41,700 bases of DNA from Thermoplasmata archaeon (lineage in GTDB: Archaea > Thermoplasmatota > DTKX01 > JAHFTX01), in assembly GCA_023265395.1 (NCBI GenBank), contig JAHFTX010000028.1, positions 1-41,700 of the forward strand, given 5' to 3'. Position 1 is the first letter of the stretch, and each line of letters starts with the position of its first letter. Positions 9,691 through 19,361 of this stretch are shown here, piece after piece. The translations under genes and the position numbers were made by a program. The notes beneath the pieces are model-generated. The model was not told where the DNA came from and ran no database searches. It was given only the letters and a program-made list of their open reading frames with translations.

Positions 9691-10590
9691 ATGACAGAAC
9701 CGGCCTCAGAGCGCGTGATCTACGGGATGAGTGGAGTGGGCATGTTGGTGGTCAACCTGTCCTTGACCTTCAGTGCCGTGTGGTACATCTGGCTGGGCTT
9801 GGTGGGAGTCCTCCCCCTCGATGCCCTGGCGTTCATCATCATCCTGACCTTGACGATCGTCGGCTTGGTGATGCTCGTCGGCCACTACACGGTCCAACCC
9901 AACGAGGCCGTGGCGCTGACGCGCTTTGGCGTCTACCTGGGGACCGTCCGTGCTGGCGGGCTCAAGTGGACCTCCCCGCTCAACACCACCACCAAGATCT
10001 CACTTCGGTTGCGCGCCTACGAGAGTGCCAAGCTCAAGGTCAACGACAAGGCCGGCAACCCCATCGAGATCGGCGCGGTCATCGTGTGGCAGGTCACCGA
10101 CAGCTACCGTGCGCTCTTCGAGGTCAACGCCTACGAGGACTTCGTGCGCATCCAGAGCGAATCGGCGCTGCGGCATCTGGCGAGCAGCTACGCCTACGAC
10201 CATGGTGAGCAGCATGAGATCACCCTGCGCAACGGGATGGACGAGGTCTCCAGCGCGCTGGTCACCGAGGTCACCAACCGGCTGACCAAGGCGGGGGTGC
10301 TGGTCCAGGAGACCCGCATCGTCCATCTGGCCTACGCACCGGAGATCGCCTCGGTGATGCTGCGCCGCCAACAGGCAGAGGCGATCATCGCCGCCCGTAC
10401 ACGGATCGTCCACGGTGCGGTGTCGATGGTCGAGATGGCGCTGGCCGAGCTGGCAGAGCGCAAGGTGGTCACCTTCGATGCCGAGCGCAAGGCCTCCCTG
10501 GTGGCCAACCTGCTGGTGGTCCTCTGCTCCGAGACCGAGACCCACCCCGTCCTCAACGTCGGCGATTCCTCGGGCTCGACGGCCAAATGA
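9691..10590 (+). CDS. SPFH/band-7 (stomatin/prohibitin-like) membrane protein
   Basis: N-terminal hydrophobic helices ([25 protein letters not shown]; [17 protein letters not shown]) are followed by an SPFH-like core ([24 protein letters not shown]...[10 protein letters not shown]...[13 protein letters not shown]) and a coiled-coil-like C-terminal part ([16 protein letters not shown]). Confidence 0.78.
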   Translation: MTEPASERVIYGMSGVGMLVVNLSLTFSAVWYIWLGLVGVLPLDALAFIIILTLTIVGLVMLVGHYTVQPNEAVALTRFGVYLGTVRAGGLKWTSPLNTTTKISLRLRAYESAKLKVNDKAGNPIEIGAVIVWQVTDSYRALFEVNAYEDFVRIQSESALRHLASSYAYDHGEQHEITLRNGMDEVSSALVTEVTNRLTKAGVLVQETRIVHLAYAPEIASVMLRRQQAEAIIAARTRIVHGAVSMVEMALAELAERKVVTFDAERKASLVANLLVVLCSETETHPVLNVGDSSGSTAK

Positions 10591-10662
10591 GCGGCCGCGT
10601 GCGCGAGGTGCCGCAGCCTGCCTCGCCCCTGCACCCTCGCGGGGGCGGGCCTGCAGCCTGGT

Positions 10663-11046
10663 CTACCTCTTGGAGGTCTGCCACAGGCCGACCACGTTGC
10701 CCTCGGTGTCGCTGAAGTAGGCCGCCCAGCCCATGTCGCCGACGGCCACCTTGGTGCCCACGGCCTTGCCCCCGAGCTTGGTGATCTGCTTGATCGACGC
10801 ATCGATGTTGTCGACGCTGATGGTGATGACGACCTGGCGCACCGGCTCCTGGCGCTTGAGCATCCCGCCATTGATCGCCCCGGGGGTCGTGGGACGCTGG
10901 TCCTTGCCCACCGCGGTTGTCCCCACCATCAGGTAGTCCATCCCCGGCGGGGCGACCATGTCCCATCCGAAGGCCTTGCTGTAGAAGCTCTTGGCGCGGT
11001 CGACGTTGTCGGCGGGTATCTCGAAATGCACGACGGGGTTCTGCAT
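10663..11046 (-). CDS. VOC/glyoxalase-bleomycin resistance family protein
   Basis: 127 aa. [30 protein letters not shown]...GNVVGLWQ is a typical VOC beta-alpha-beta-beta-beta module. It lies immediately downstream of the large FG-GAP gene on the same strand. Confidence 0.8.
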   Translation of the reverse strand: MQNPVVHFEIPADNVDRAKSFYSKAFGWDMVAPPGMDYLMVGTTAVGKDQRPTTPGAINGGMLKRQEPVRQVVITISVDNIDASIKQITKLGGKAVGTKVAVGDMGWAAYFSDTEGNVVGLWQTSKR

Positions 11047-11123
11047 GGTACTCGCGGCCAGCCAGCTGCGGGGGTACTATGAACCTTGGGGGGAGAGAGC
11101 CGTCAGTGGCCGGTCCACTGGTG

Positions 11124-14100
11124 CTAGGGGCCGAGGTTCTGCTGGTCGGCGAGGATCGGGCTGGCCAGGGAGTGTCCCTCGGGCGTCGTGCCGCCGACGT
11201 AGCGGAAGTCCTGCAGGAAGTAGCGCTTCCGACCGCCCTGTTCCTCGACGCGCAGCAGGTCGCTGTTGGAGAGCTTGGTCAGGTGGCGGCTGACGGTCGG
11301 CTGCGGCACGTCCAGTGCCCGCACCAGCTGTTGCTGGTTGATCCCTGGTGCGTCACGGACCGTGCGCAGCAAGAGCCGCTGGAACGTGGTCAGGCGCACC
11401 ACCCTGGTCGGCGGGATCATGGCCGCGGGGAAGTAATGCTTGTACCGTCCGCTGTTGCGTGCCAGCACGTAGCCCTGCTTCTCGAGCATCGCCAGGTGGT
11501 AGGTCAGCACGCCGTTGGAGAGTCCGAGCGCCCGTTGGATCTCCCGATAGTAGGTGCCGGGGTTCTGCTTGATGAACCCGTTGATCTCACCACGGGTGAA
11601 GTTGTCGAGGACCTCCTCCTTGCGGACGCGGGTGTACAGCGGCACCAGGACGGCGAAGATGAATCGGAAGCGCCCCCACTCGGTGCCCGCGACCATGCCC
11701 ACGACCAGCGCGCCCACGCCCAGCGGCGCCAGCAGCACCCACCAGCCCATGGAGGGGGTCCGCACCGGCGCGGTCGGGGGGGCTGCCCGCAAGGCGACGG
11801 AGTCACTGCTGGTGGCGATCTCCCGTCCCGCATGGTTGGTCAGGGTCGCACCAAAGGCATAGGTACGCCCGATCCGCGCGTTCTCGGGGACCTCGACGAG
11901 CAACGGTAGCGACAGCGCCTGGCCCGGCTGGAGGTTGAGGTCGGTCAGCGGCACGGTCGGGTCGGCAAGCACCACACCAAACCCCGGCGGGGAGGAGAGG
12001 GCCAGCTCGAGCCCGACGGCGTGGGGTCCGCTCACGTGGGTGACGGTGACGCTGCCATGGAGGGTCTGCCCCGGTCGGGCACCCGGCGGGAGCTCCAGAC
12101 GCACGCTGAGCACGGCCTCGGGGGCCCCCCCTGGGTTTGGGCCGCCGACCGGTGGTGGCTGGATGGTCAGCCGGGTGGTGCCATGCAGCAGCGCACCGCT
12201 CCAGGGCGGCAGATCCTGCGGCGGCGGAGCCTGCAGGGGGTCGACCACCCACAACTCCACCTCCTCGGTGTGGGGCAAGACGGAGAGCAGCCCTGGGGCA
12301 AGATGCAACGGCAGGTCCACCGCCAGGGTGTGGACCATGCCTGCTCCTAGGGCCGGGACGGTGGCGACGCTGCCGCTCAATCCCAGCTGCTCGGAGGAGA
12401 TCTGCAGGTCGCTCTGCGGCAGGGCAGGCCCAAGGTTGGTGATCGTCAGGTTGACCGCTAGGTGCGGTTGGGGAACGTCGGTGACGAGGGTGCTGGGAAG
12501 GTCCCAGCGCAGGTCGAGCGGCCGCAGGTCGAAGGGCAGCTGCAGCTTGAGCACCTCGCTGCGGTGGTGGCCATCATCGGCCTGAACCTGCAGCTGGACC
12601 TGCCCGCTGACCTCCCCGTGCAACGCCGGGTCGACGACGAAGGACCAGGCTGGCGGCAGGTCGAGCGCCGCGTCGTTCCAGCTGCCGGCGCGCTGCGACT
12701 GCAGCACGCCCAGGTGCAGCTCGCCGCCCTCGAGCTGCTGGGTCAGCCGCGGGTCGAGCACCACGCTCCCCTGCAGCATGAGCGGACCGCTCAGCGGCTG
12801 CAGCGGCAGGGCGCTGCTCAGCAGCAGCTGGGGCGCTGCGTAGGGGGCTTCGACGCGGACCGGAAGCTGCACCGGGTCGGACCAGCGGCCGGACGGGTCG
12901 ACGGCAGCGACCGTCAGCTGGTGGGTGCCGACGGTCAGGGCCGCCTGCGTGGCCGCGGTCAGGGAGGGGCCTTGTTCCACCAAGCCGTCACGGTCGGACC
13001 ACCAGCTGACCTGCAGGGCGTCGGTCGAGCTCTCGTCGACGTCGGCGACCGTGGCGGTCAGCAGCGCCTCCTGTGGCTCGTCCTGCACCAGCACCAGCGG
13101 TTCCGTCAGCGGGAGCGCCAGTTCCGGGAGGTCGACCGTGGGGGCACTGTTGGGGGTGAACCCGAGCGCCAGCTGCTGCAGCGACAGGGTCCCTGCCCCC
13201 TGTGCGCGGATGGTCAGCGGCACATCGAGCTGGAGGCTGCTCGGATCCCCCCATTGGGTCCAGGCGTCGGGCACCGCCGCTGCCGCCTGTGCCGCAACGA
13301 GGGAGGGCAGCAGGTCGACCCGCAGCAGGTCGGCCTCGTAGCTGATGTTGAGCTCCATCAGCTGCACCGAGGACCCAGCGGTGCCACTGACCTCCATGCG
13401 CAGCGCGCGCCAGGGGCGCCCGGCCTCGTCGGTGGTGGGGGTGGCGCCCGTCTGGCCGCTGGCGACGGCATCGTCGAGCGTCTGGAGGTCGAGCGGGGCG
13501 ACGATGGTGCCGTTGAGGTTGCTCTCCGACGACCAGAGCGGCGAGGGGCCGCTGGCGGTCCCAAGGGAGAAGCCCAAGGGACCGGCGCCGTAGCGGAAGG
13601 CCAGCGAGCGCATCGCCCCGTCGTCGCCTGAGGTGCCGGGCTCGGCAGCGAGCATGCGCGCGGCACCGGCCTTGACCGCATCGTCGTTGGGACCGGCGCC
13701 AGGGACGATCGGGTGATAGGCCAGGTCGTAGCCGAGCCAGCCCTGGGGGCGCGCACCGTTGCTGATCGAGACGCGACGACCTTGGAGGTTCTCGAAGGCC
13801 CCGAGGACCACGGCTCCGACGTCATCGTTGACGACGCCATCGATCACCACATCGCGGTAGGGCGCCCCGATGGCGACGTCGGCGACCTTGTCGTGGGTGA
13901 CGTCCTCGGAGATGGCCAGTGCGTTGCCGAATCCCTCGGCGACCTGTCCGCCGACGAGCGTGCTGTCGGCCCCTCGGCCGTCGACCTGCGCGGCGCCGCC
14001 CAGGAAGAGCCCGACGGACCCGGCGCCCCCGGTGGGGGCACCGACCAGCAGGTCGTCGATGCCGTCGCCGGTGACATCGCCGTCGAGCAAGACCGCACTG

Positions 14101-15347
14101 CCGAAGCCGTCGTCAGCAGCGGCCCCTTGGAGGGTGAGGTTGGGGAACGCGCCCACCTGCGCGCCGCCGTAGTAGACCCGCGCTGTGCCGGTGCCCACGA
14201 AGAGCGGGGGTGCGCCGACGGCAAGGTCGGGAGCGCCATCGCCGTTGAGGTCGCCACCGACGGAGAGGGAGAGGCCGAAGCCATCGAAGTCGACGCCCGT
14301 GCTCAGCCGCAGGTCGTAGACCCCGTCCATCCCCGGGCCTCCGAAGTAGAGGTAGGCCTTGCCCGAATCATCCCCGACGTCGTTGTGCATGTCGCCGACG
14401 ACGACATCGGGCCACCCATCGCCGTTGAGGTCCTCCCCACCAGCGACCGAGATCCCGTAGAGGGAGAACATCGCGAAATCGCCGGTGAGCACCAGGTCGG
14501 GAGTGGTGTCGAACACCTGACCGCCGAAGTAGACGAAGGCGGCCCCTGCGCAGGTGATGACCAGGTCATCGACGAGGTCGCCGTTGAGGTCCCCCGCACC
14601 GCTGACGTCCCAGCCGAAGTAGGTCCCGCCGGGGCCTTGGATCATGATCGGGATGGGCTTGGCGATCCCCGGATCGGAATCGGCGTCGATGCCCCACCAG
14701 TCGGTGTAGAGCCACGCGGTGTCTGCCTCAGGCTCGGTGACGACGAAATCGGAGCCCCCATCACCGGTGACGTCCCCGACCACGGCGATCGCATACCCAT
14801 AGCGGCCACCCTGGGCCACGGGCGGCAACAGCCCGCCGCCTGCGAGGTCGATCTGGTCCCCCTTGACGTCGAGGCGGAGCTGCGCTTGCAGCACCGTCGC
14901 GCCGACGGGCAACAGCAGCGGTGGGAAGGAATCGTCCGTGCCCTGCAGGAGCAGCCCTGACTGCGCGCTGCCATCGGCGAGCACGAACTGCCGCCCCGGT
15001 GCGCCCATGCCCGTGCCGCCAAAGAGCGCGAGCTCCGAGGAGCCGACGGTCAGGTGCGCCGAGGTCGGGAGCGCCGTCGGGTCGCTCCCGCCGGGGGTCT
15101 GAGTCGCGACGATCCGCACGCTGGCTGCCTGCAGGTGGGCATCGAAGGGCAGTCGCAACCCCGTAGCGGCCACTCCGCCGTCGTCGGGGTCGACCGCCAG
15201 CTCGACGCGGTCGCTGCCGTCAGCAAACGTCGTGGTCGTCGTCGCTTGGGTCAGCGAAGGGAGCAGGCTCACCAGCACCAACAGGGAAACCCAGAGCATC
15301 GCGCCCCGGCGGACGCGATCGGTGCGGCGGTCGCGGTGCGTCCCCAT
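11124..15347 (-). CDS. single-pass membrane protein with an extracellular FG-GAP repeat beta-propeller plus Ig/PKD-like region and a cytoplasmic C-terminal tandem winged-helix DNA-binding region (ArsR/MarR-like)
   Basis: Signal peptide MLWVSLLVLVSLLPSLTQA follows a basic n-region; Met17 at 15299 is an alternative start. There are multiple integrin-alpha FG-GAP repeats (GDVTGDGGSDFVVTEP, GDLNGDLVDDLVI, DLNGDGWPDVVVG, GDLNGDGAPDLAVGAP, GDVTGDGIDDLLVGAP, DVTHDKVADVAIGAP). A TM helix (MGWWVLLAPLGVGALVVGMVAG) is followed by RFRF. Two wHTH units come next: GTYYREIQRALGLSNGVLTYHLAMLEKQGYVLARNSGRYKHYF and INQQQLVRALDVPQPTVSRHLTKLSNSDLLRVEEQGGRKRYF. Confidence 0.8.
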   Translation of the reverse strand: MGTHRDRRTDRVRRGAMLWVSLLVLVSLLPSLTQATTTTTFADGSDRVELAVDPDDGGVAATGLRLPFDAHLQAASVRIVATQTPGGSDPTALPTSAHLTVGSSELALFGGTGMGAPGRQFVLADGSAQSGLLLQGTDDSFPPLLLPVGATVLQAQLRLDVKGDQIDLAGGGLLPPVAQGGRYGYAIAVVGDVTGDGGSDFVVTEPEADTAWLYTDWWGIDADSDPGIAKPIPIMIQGPGGTYFGWDVSGAGDLNGDLVDDLVITCAGAAFVYFGGQVFDTTPDLVLTGDFAMFSLYGISVAGGEDLNGDGWPDVVVGDMHNDVGDDSGKAYLYFGGPGMDGVYDLRLSTGVDFDGFGLSLSVGGDLNGDGAPDLAVGAPPLFVGTGTARVYYGGAQVGAFPNLTLQGAAADDGFGSAVLLDGDVTGDGIDDLLVGAPTGGAGSVGLFLGGAAQVDGRGADSTLVGGQVAEGFGNALAISEDVTHDKVADVAIGAPYRDVVIDGVVNDDVGAVVLGAFENLQGRRVSISNGARPQGWLGYDLAYHPIVPGAGPNDDAVKAGAARMLAAEPGTSGDDGAMRSLAFRYGAGPLGFSLGTASGPSPLWSSESNLNGTIVAPLDLQTLDDAVASGQTGATPTTDEAGRPWRALRMEVSGTAGSSVQLMELNISYEADLLRVDLLPSLVAAQAAAAVPDAWTQWGDPSSLQLDVPLTIRAQGAGTLSLQQLALGFTPNSAPTVDLPELALPLTEPLVLVQDEPQEALLTATVADVDESSTDALQVSWWSDRDGLVEQGPSLTAATQAALTVGTHQLTVAAVDPSGRWSDPVQLPVRVEAPYAAPQLLLSSALPLQPLSGPLMLQGSVVLDPRLTQQLEGGELHLGVLQSQRAGSWNDAALDLPPAWSFVVDPALHGEVSGQVQLQVQADDGHHRSEVLKLQLPFDLRPLDLRWDLPSTLVTDVPQPHLAVNLTITNLGPALPQSDLQISSEQLGLSGSVATVPALGAGMVHTLAVDLPLHLAPGLLSVLPHTEEVELWVVDPLQAPPPQDLPPWSGALLHGTTRLTIQPPPVGGPNPGGAPEAVLSVRLELPPGARPGQTLHGSVTVTHVSGPHAVGLELALSSPPGFGVVLADPTVPLTDLNLQPGQALSLPLLVEVPENARIGRTYAFGATLTNHAGREIATSSDSVALRAAPPTAPVRTPSMGWWVLLAPLGVGALVVGMVAGTEWGRFRFIFAVLVPLYTRVRKEEVLDNFTRGEINGFIKQNPGTYYREIQRALGLSNGVLTYHLAMLEKQGYVLARNSGRYKHYFPAAMIPPTRVVRLTTFQRLLLRTVRDAPGINQQQLVRALDVPQPTVSRHLTKLSNSDLLRVEEQGGRKRYFLQDFRYVGGTTPEGHSLASPILADQQNLGP

Positions 15348-15374
15348 GAACCCCTTCGTGAGCCGGGCGGGCGC

Positions 15375-15382
15375 CTATATAG
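15375..15382 (-). promoter_or_regulatory. archaeal TATA box (palindromic CTATATAG) for the FG-GAP/wHTH gene; near-leaderless
   Basis: GCCTATATAGTCC is centred about 30 nt upstream of the ATG at 15347, 6 nt past the stop of the upstream minus-strand gene. Confidence 0.5.
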
Positions 15383-15387
15383 TCCTT

Positions 15388-16371
15388 CTAGGGCGCCGTG
15401 GTATCCTTGCGGGCCTGTCCCATCAGGCCCCGCCCCGGCAGGACCAACCCCAGGCTGTCCAGGTGGTCGGCCTTGCTCGAGAGCAGCCTGCCGAGCGGGC
15501 CATCGAACATGGCGTCCAGATCCTGCGGCGCGCACCGCTCCTGTAGGGTCGCGACGAGGGCCGCGACGAAGGCGCCGATCGCTCGAAGGCCGCTGGGGTC
15601 GTTGGCCAGGTGGCTGCCCACGGTGCGGTCGGGATGGATCACCACCCCGATCAGCGCCGGGTAGGCACCCCACAGGACACGCTGGGTGGCACGGACCTGC
15701 TCCACGGTCAGCAGCGGAGCGCACGCGTGCAGCAACGCCTCGAGCAGATCGAGGGCGAGGTCGATGTCGCGCGAGGCAGCGACGCGGAGCGGAGGTCGGG
15801 ACGGACGATGGGCCCCGACCGCGACCGGTGCGTCGACTGCGGCGGTCCCGACCGCGGCACGCAGCTTGCCCGTGCGGACGATATCCTTGTTGCGCCCCCG
15901 CCCCTGGCGCCGCTGCTGCAACGCCTCGAGGCGCGCCCGTGCAGCGGCCACGCGGGCGGCGGTCCCTCGGACGGAGCTCGTCGGCGGATCCTTGGGGAGC
16001 GAAGACCGCGGCACGGCCGGAGACGTGCGCGCAGCGACCGCCTCCTCCAGGAGCGCCTGGGCCTCCTCGGCGTGTTCGATGTCTCGCAGCAGCAGTCCCA
16101 GCGGACCGTCGAGCAGTGCGTCGGCATCCTCCATCTCGACCAGCTGGTCGGTCAAGGCTGTGAGCATCACCACCGCGCGGCGGAAGCGGACCAGGCCCGC
16201 GGCCAGAGCCGCATCATCAGCGCCCTGCAGCAGCCGTTCGAGGGGGGTGACATCGAAGCCCGCACCGCGCCAGATCGTCATCGCGGCGATCGTCTCGAGC
16301 TGGAGTTGCGCGCTGGCGCTGCCGCTTGCTGTCGATGCGCCCCGCTGCCCGCTCCGGGTCCGTGCGACCAT
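15388..16371 (-). CDS. hypothetical protein with an internal duplication
   Basis: 327-aa ORF. Two related segments (DADALLDGPLGLLLRDIEHAEEAQALLEEA and DLDAMFDGPLGRLLSSKADHLDSLGL) suggest a repeated helical module. There is no TM and no known motif. The coding call rests on length and less skewed composition than neighbouring junk frames. Confidence 0.4.
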   Translation of the reverse strand: MVARTRSGQRGASTASGSASAQLQLETIAAMTIWRGAGFDVTPLERLLQGADDAALAAGLVRFRRAVVMLTALTDQLVEMEDADALLDGPLGLLLRDIEHAEEAQALLEEAVAARTSPAVPRSSLPKDPPTSSVRGTAARVAAARARLEALQQRRQGRGRNKDIVRTGKLRAAVGTAAVDAPVAVGAHRPSRPPLRVAASRDIDLALDLLEALLHACAPLLTVEQVRATQRVLWGAYPALIGVVIHPDRTVGSHLANDPSGLRAIGAFVAALVATLQERCAPQDLDAMFDGPLGRLLSSKADHLDSLGLVLPGRGLMGQARKDTTAP

Positions 16372-16639
16372 GCCCCTCCCCGACGGCGCCCCACACCGTA
16401 ACCATGCATGACAATGTCTTGCACGGTTGGGTCCTCCTCGCCTTCCGTGCCCATGGTCTTTCTAGATGGGTTTTGTACTCTGAGGCTCCAGGCCGTCGGG
16501 GGGAAGCAACCGCTGCCGGTTTTGCGGTCCTACTCGCCCCCTACCTCTGGGCCCCCTCGCGTGCGCGTACGCGCGGGTTGGAGCGGCTCAGCGTCCATCC
16601 CCACCGGTCAGGTCGGTGCCGACGAAGAGGGAGAATCCT

Positions 16640-16646
16640 CTTATAG
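16640..16646 (+). promoter_or_regulatory. TATA-like element upstream of topA
   Basis: CCTCTTATAGCC lies about 40 nt upstream of ATG 16684, in a roughly 310-bp noncoding divergent region. Confidence 0.4.
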
Positions 16647-16683
16647 CCAGGTCCAGAAGCGGCGGCCAAGCTCTCGGTGTGCC

Positions 16684-19128
16684 ATGCCTCGCAAGAAGTC
16701 GTCTGCCGCCGCACCTGGCGAGCAGCCACCGGCCCCGATCCCCCACCCTGCGCCGGGGATGGAGCATCGACTGATCATCGCCGAGAAGAACAACGCCGCC
16801 GTGCGCTTGGCACTGATCCTCTCCGACGGCACGATGCGCCGCGCCCGCATCGGGCCGGTCCCCATCTACCAGTTCGAGGGGCCGGAGTTCCTGGCCAAGG
16901 ACCAGCCCGACCAGCAGGAGGGTCGCGTGGGCACTGGTCGACGGATGGCCATCACCGTCATCGGGCTCCGCGGCCACATCATGGCGCTGGACTACCCCGA
17001 TCGGTTCAACGTCTGGAAGGACGTCGACCCGCGGTCGCTGATCGACGAACCGCCGATCAAGAAGGCCGAGGCGACGGCGATCGTCGCGGCGCTGCAGGAG
17101 TTGGCACCCTCCCTCGACGAGGTCGTGGTGGCGACCGACTTCGACCGCGAGGGGGAGCTGATCGGCCTCGAGGCCGTCGAGGTCATCCACGGCGCCCACG
17201 GGGGCATCCCGGTCCGGCGGACCCGCTTCTCGTCACTGACGCGGGGTGAGATCCTCGAGGCCTTCTGCAAGGAGCGCATCGTCGACCTCGACCACAACCT
17301 GGCGCTCTCGGCCGAGACGCGGCAACGCGTCGACCTGGTGTGGGGGGCGACCCTTACGCGCTACATCTCCCTGACCAGCGAACAGCTAGGCGCCGACTTC
17401 CTCTCGGTCGGCCGTGTCCAGAGCCCCACCCTGGCGCTGATCGTCGACCGCGAACGGGAGATCCGCGCCTTCGTCCCCGTCCCCTACTGGGAGGTCAACG
17501 GGACCTTTGGCACCCACGCCGACCCCCCGCGGACCAACGAGCAGGTCACCTTCCCCGGGCTGCACCGCTCGGGCCGCTTCCCCGAGGAGGCGCCCGCCAC
17601 CGCGGTGGTGCGCACCACCAGCGGCGCTCCCACGGGCACGGTCGTCTCGGTCTCTCGCGAGGAGCGCAAGGACTTCCCACCCTCACCCTTCAACACCACC
17701 GCGTTCCTGGCGGCGATCACCGCCATGGGGATGAGCGCCGCGCGCGCGATGGCGATCGCCGAGAACCTCTACACCAGCGGCTACATCAGCTACCCCCGCA
17801 CCGACAACACGGTCTACCCGCGCACCCTCTCCTTGCGCACGATCCTCGAGTCGCTGCGGGCCACGCCCTTCGCCTCCGAGGTCGAGCAGATCCTGGCCCA
17901 GGACCAGCTGCGGCCCTCCCGCGGCAAGCGGCAGACCACCGACCACCCGCCGATCCACCCCAGCGCCGCCGCCGATCCCAAGAAGCTGGGCAAGGAGCCC
18001 TGGAAGGTCTACGAGCTGGTGGTGCGCCGCTTCCTTGCGACGCTAGCCCCCGCCGGGCTGGTGCGGGCGACCAAGCTGACGGTCTCCGTCGAGGGGGAAC
18101 CCTTCGACGTCGAGGGCAAGGAGCTCCTCGCCGAGGGATGGCGGGCCTACTATCCCTACTTTCCCTTCCACGCCGCACCGGTGCCGACCCATCTGCAGGA
18201 GGGGGATGCCGTGACCGTGCTTGCGGTGCAGGTCGACCGCAAGGAGACCGAGCCCCCGCGCCGCTATGGTCAGGGCAGCCTCATCCAGGAGATGGAACGC
18301 CTCGAGCTGGGCACCAAGGCCACGCGCCACGAGATCCTCCAGAAGCTCTATCAGCGCAACTTCGTGAGCAACCGCATCCCGGAGCCGACGACGATGGGCT
18401 TCGCGCTGATCGAGACCCTCGAGCACCACGCCCCGCTGATCGCCGCGCCGCAGATGACGGCCACGCTGGAGGAGGACATGGAGGCCATCGCCGAGGGGCG
18501 CAAGACCCCCAACGAGGTCCTCGAGGAGAGTCGCACCATGCTCCACCAGGTCTTCGACCAGCTGCAGGAGCACACGGAGGGGATCGCTGCCGAACTCAAG
18601 GCTGCGCTCAAGGAGAAGGAGCAGCTGGGGGAGTGTCCCAAGTGCCACCAGGGCCAGCTGCTGGTGCGCCGCTCCCGTCGCGGGAAACGCTTCGCCAGCT
18701 GCAGCCGCTATCCGGAGTGCGACCAGAGCTACCCGCTGCCGCAGCGGGGCAAGCTCGCCCTCGAGGACGTCGGATGCGCACTGTGTGCCGCGCCCAAGGT
18801 CAAGGTCATCACCGCAGGTCGACCGCCCTGGCTGACCTGTGTCAACTTCCGCTGCGAGGTGCCCGAGTGCCCCGAGCGTCCACCACCCAAGGCGCCCAAG
18901 GAGCCCAAGGTCAAGAAGGCCAAGTCCAAGCGCAAGTCCGCAGCCCGCAAGAAGGGCGCGCGCAAGAAGGAACCGGTCACCGAGGAGCCTGCTGCAGGAC
19001 CGACGGGCCCGGGCGGACCGGTCCCTGCGGCACCCAAGCGTCCGCGGAGCCGCGCGCGCGCACCTGCTCCCTCACCGACGAGCCCCCCCTCGACCCCTCC
19101 GGGCGTCGGTGATCCTGCCCACTCCTAG
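16684..19128 (+). CDS. topA: DNA topoisomerase I (type IA) with C-terminal zinc ribbons and a Lys-rich tail
   Basis: TOPRIM start is MEHRLIIAEKNNAA..., with DxD in VVVATDFDREGELIG. The topo IA core carries the catalytic Tyr region (YTSGYISYPRTDN). C-terminal C4 ribbons are CPKCHQG...CSRYPEC and CALC...CVNFRC..C. The tail is KAPKEPKVKKAKSKRKSAARKKGARKK. ATG 16684 was chosen; ATG 16759 is an alternative. Confidence 0.85.
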   Translation: MPRKKSSAAAPGEQPPAPIPHPAPGMEHRLIIAEKNNAAVRLALILSDGTMRRARIGPVPIYQFEGPEFLAKDQPDQQEGRVGTGRRMAITVIGLRGHIMALDYPDRFNVWKDVDPRSLIDEPPIKKAEATAIVAALQELAPSLDEVVVATDFDREGELIGLEAVEVIHGAHGGIPVRRTRFSSLTRGEILEAFCKERIVDLDHNLALSAETRQRVDLVWGATLTRYISLTSEQLGADFLSVGRVQSPTLALIVDREREIRAFVPVPYWEVNGTFGTHADPPRTNEQVTFPGLHRSGRFPEEAPATAVVRTTSGAPTGTVVSVSREERKDFPPSPFNTTAFLAAITAMGMSAARAMAIAENLYTSGYISYPRTDNTVYPRTLSLRTILESLRATPFASEVEQILAQDQLRPSRGKRQTTDHPPIHPSAAADPKKLGKEPWKVYELVVRRFLATLAPAGLVRATKLTVSVEGEPFDVEGKELLAEGWRAYYPYFPFHAAPVPTHLQEGDAVTVLAVQVDRKETEPPRRYGQGSLIQEMERLELGTKATRHEILQKLYQRNFVSNRIPEPTTMGFALIETLEHHAPLIAAPQMTATLEEDMEAIAEGRKTPNEVLEESRTMLHQVFDQLQEHTEGIAAELKAALKEKEQLGECPKCHQGQLLVRRSRRGKRFASCSRYPECDQSYPLPQRGKLALEDVGCALCAAPKVKVITAGRPPWLTCVNFRCEVPECPERPPPKAPKEPKVKKAKSKRKSAARKKGARKKEPVTEEPAAGPTGPGGPVPAAPKRPRSRARAPAPSPTSPPSTPPGVGDPAHS

Positions 19129-19361
19129 GGCGCGTGAGCACAAGCGGCCCCTGCGGGGCAGCCAGCTGCGCTGTGGGAGAAACTCTTTGCATCCGTCGAC
19201 GTCGATGAGTGACGCAGGGAGCGTGGACCTTCACGTCACCAGCCACTTCGCATCCACCGGCATCCGGTGCCCGGCGCACTCGCCGCCGTCAGGCGCGACA
19301 CCGGTCGGTCGCGCAACGGCGGAGGCGACAGCGACCCACGGCACGACCCTCACGCCCGATC

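Noticed and set aside
16326-16646. 106-aa ORF in the topA upstream region
   Set aside because: Arg-rich C-terminus with no motif. It overlaps the presumptive promoter region; treated as noncoding (flagged separately as a possible ncRNA/regulatory region).
17340-19112. 590-aa alternative-frame ORF inside topA
   Set aside because: Same strand but a different frame from the clear topoisomerase IA translation. Composition is Arg/Gly/Pro junk.
19209-19361. N-terminal 51 codons of the PKD protein ORF (and the overlapping MSDAGS... frame)
   Set aside because: Poly-Arg (RRTRRRQARHRSVAQRRRRQRP) is typical of off-frame GC-rich translation. The start was reassigned to GTG 19362 at the hydrophobic helix; an upstream frameshift is a possible alternative.
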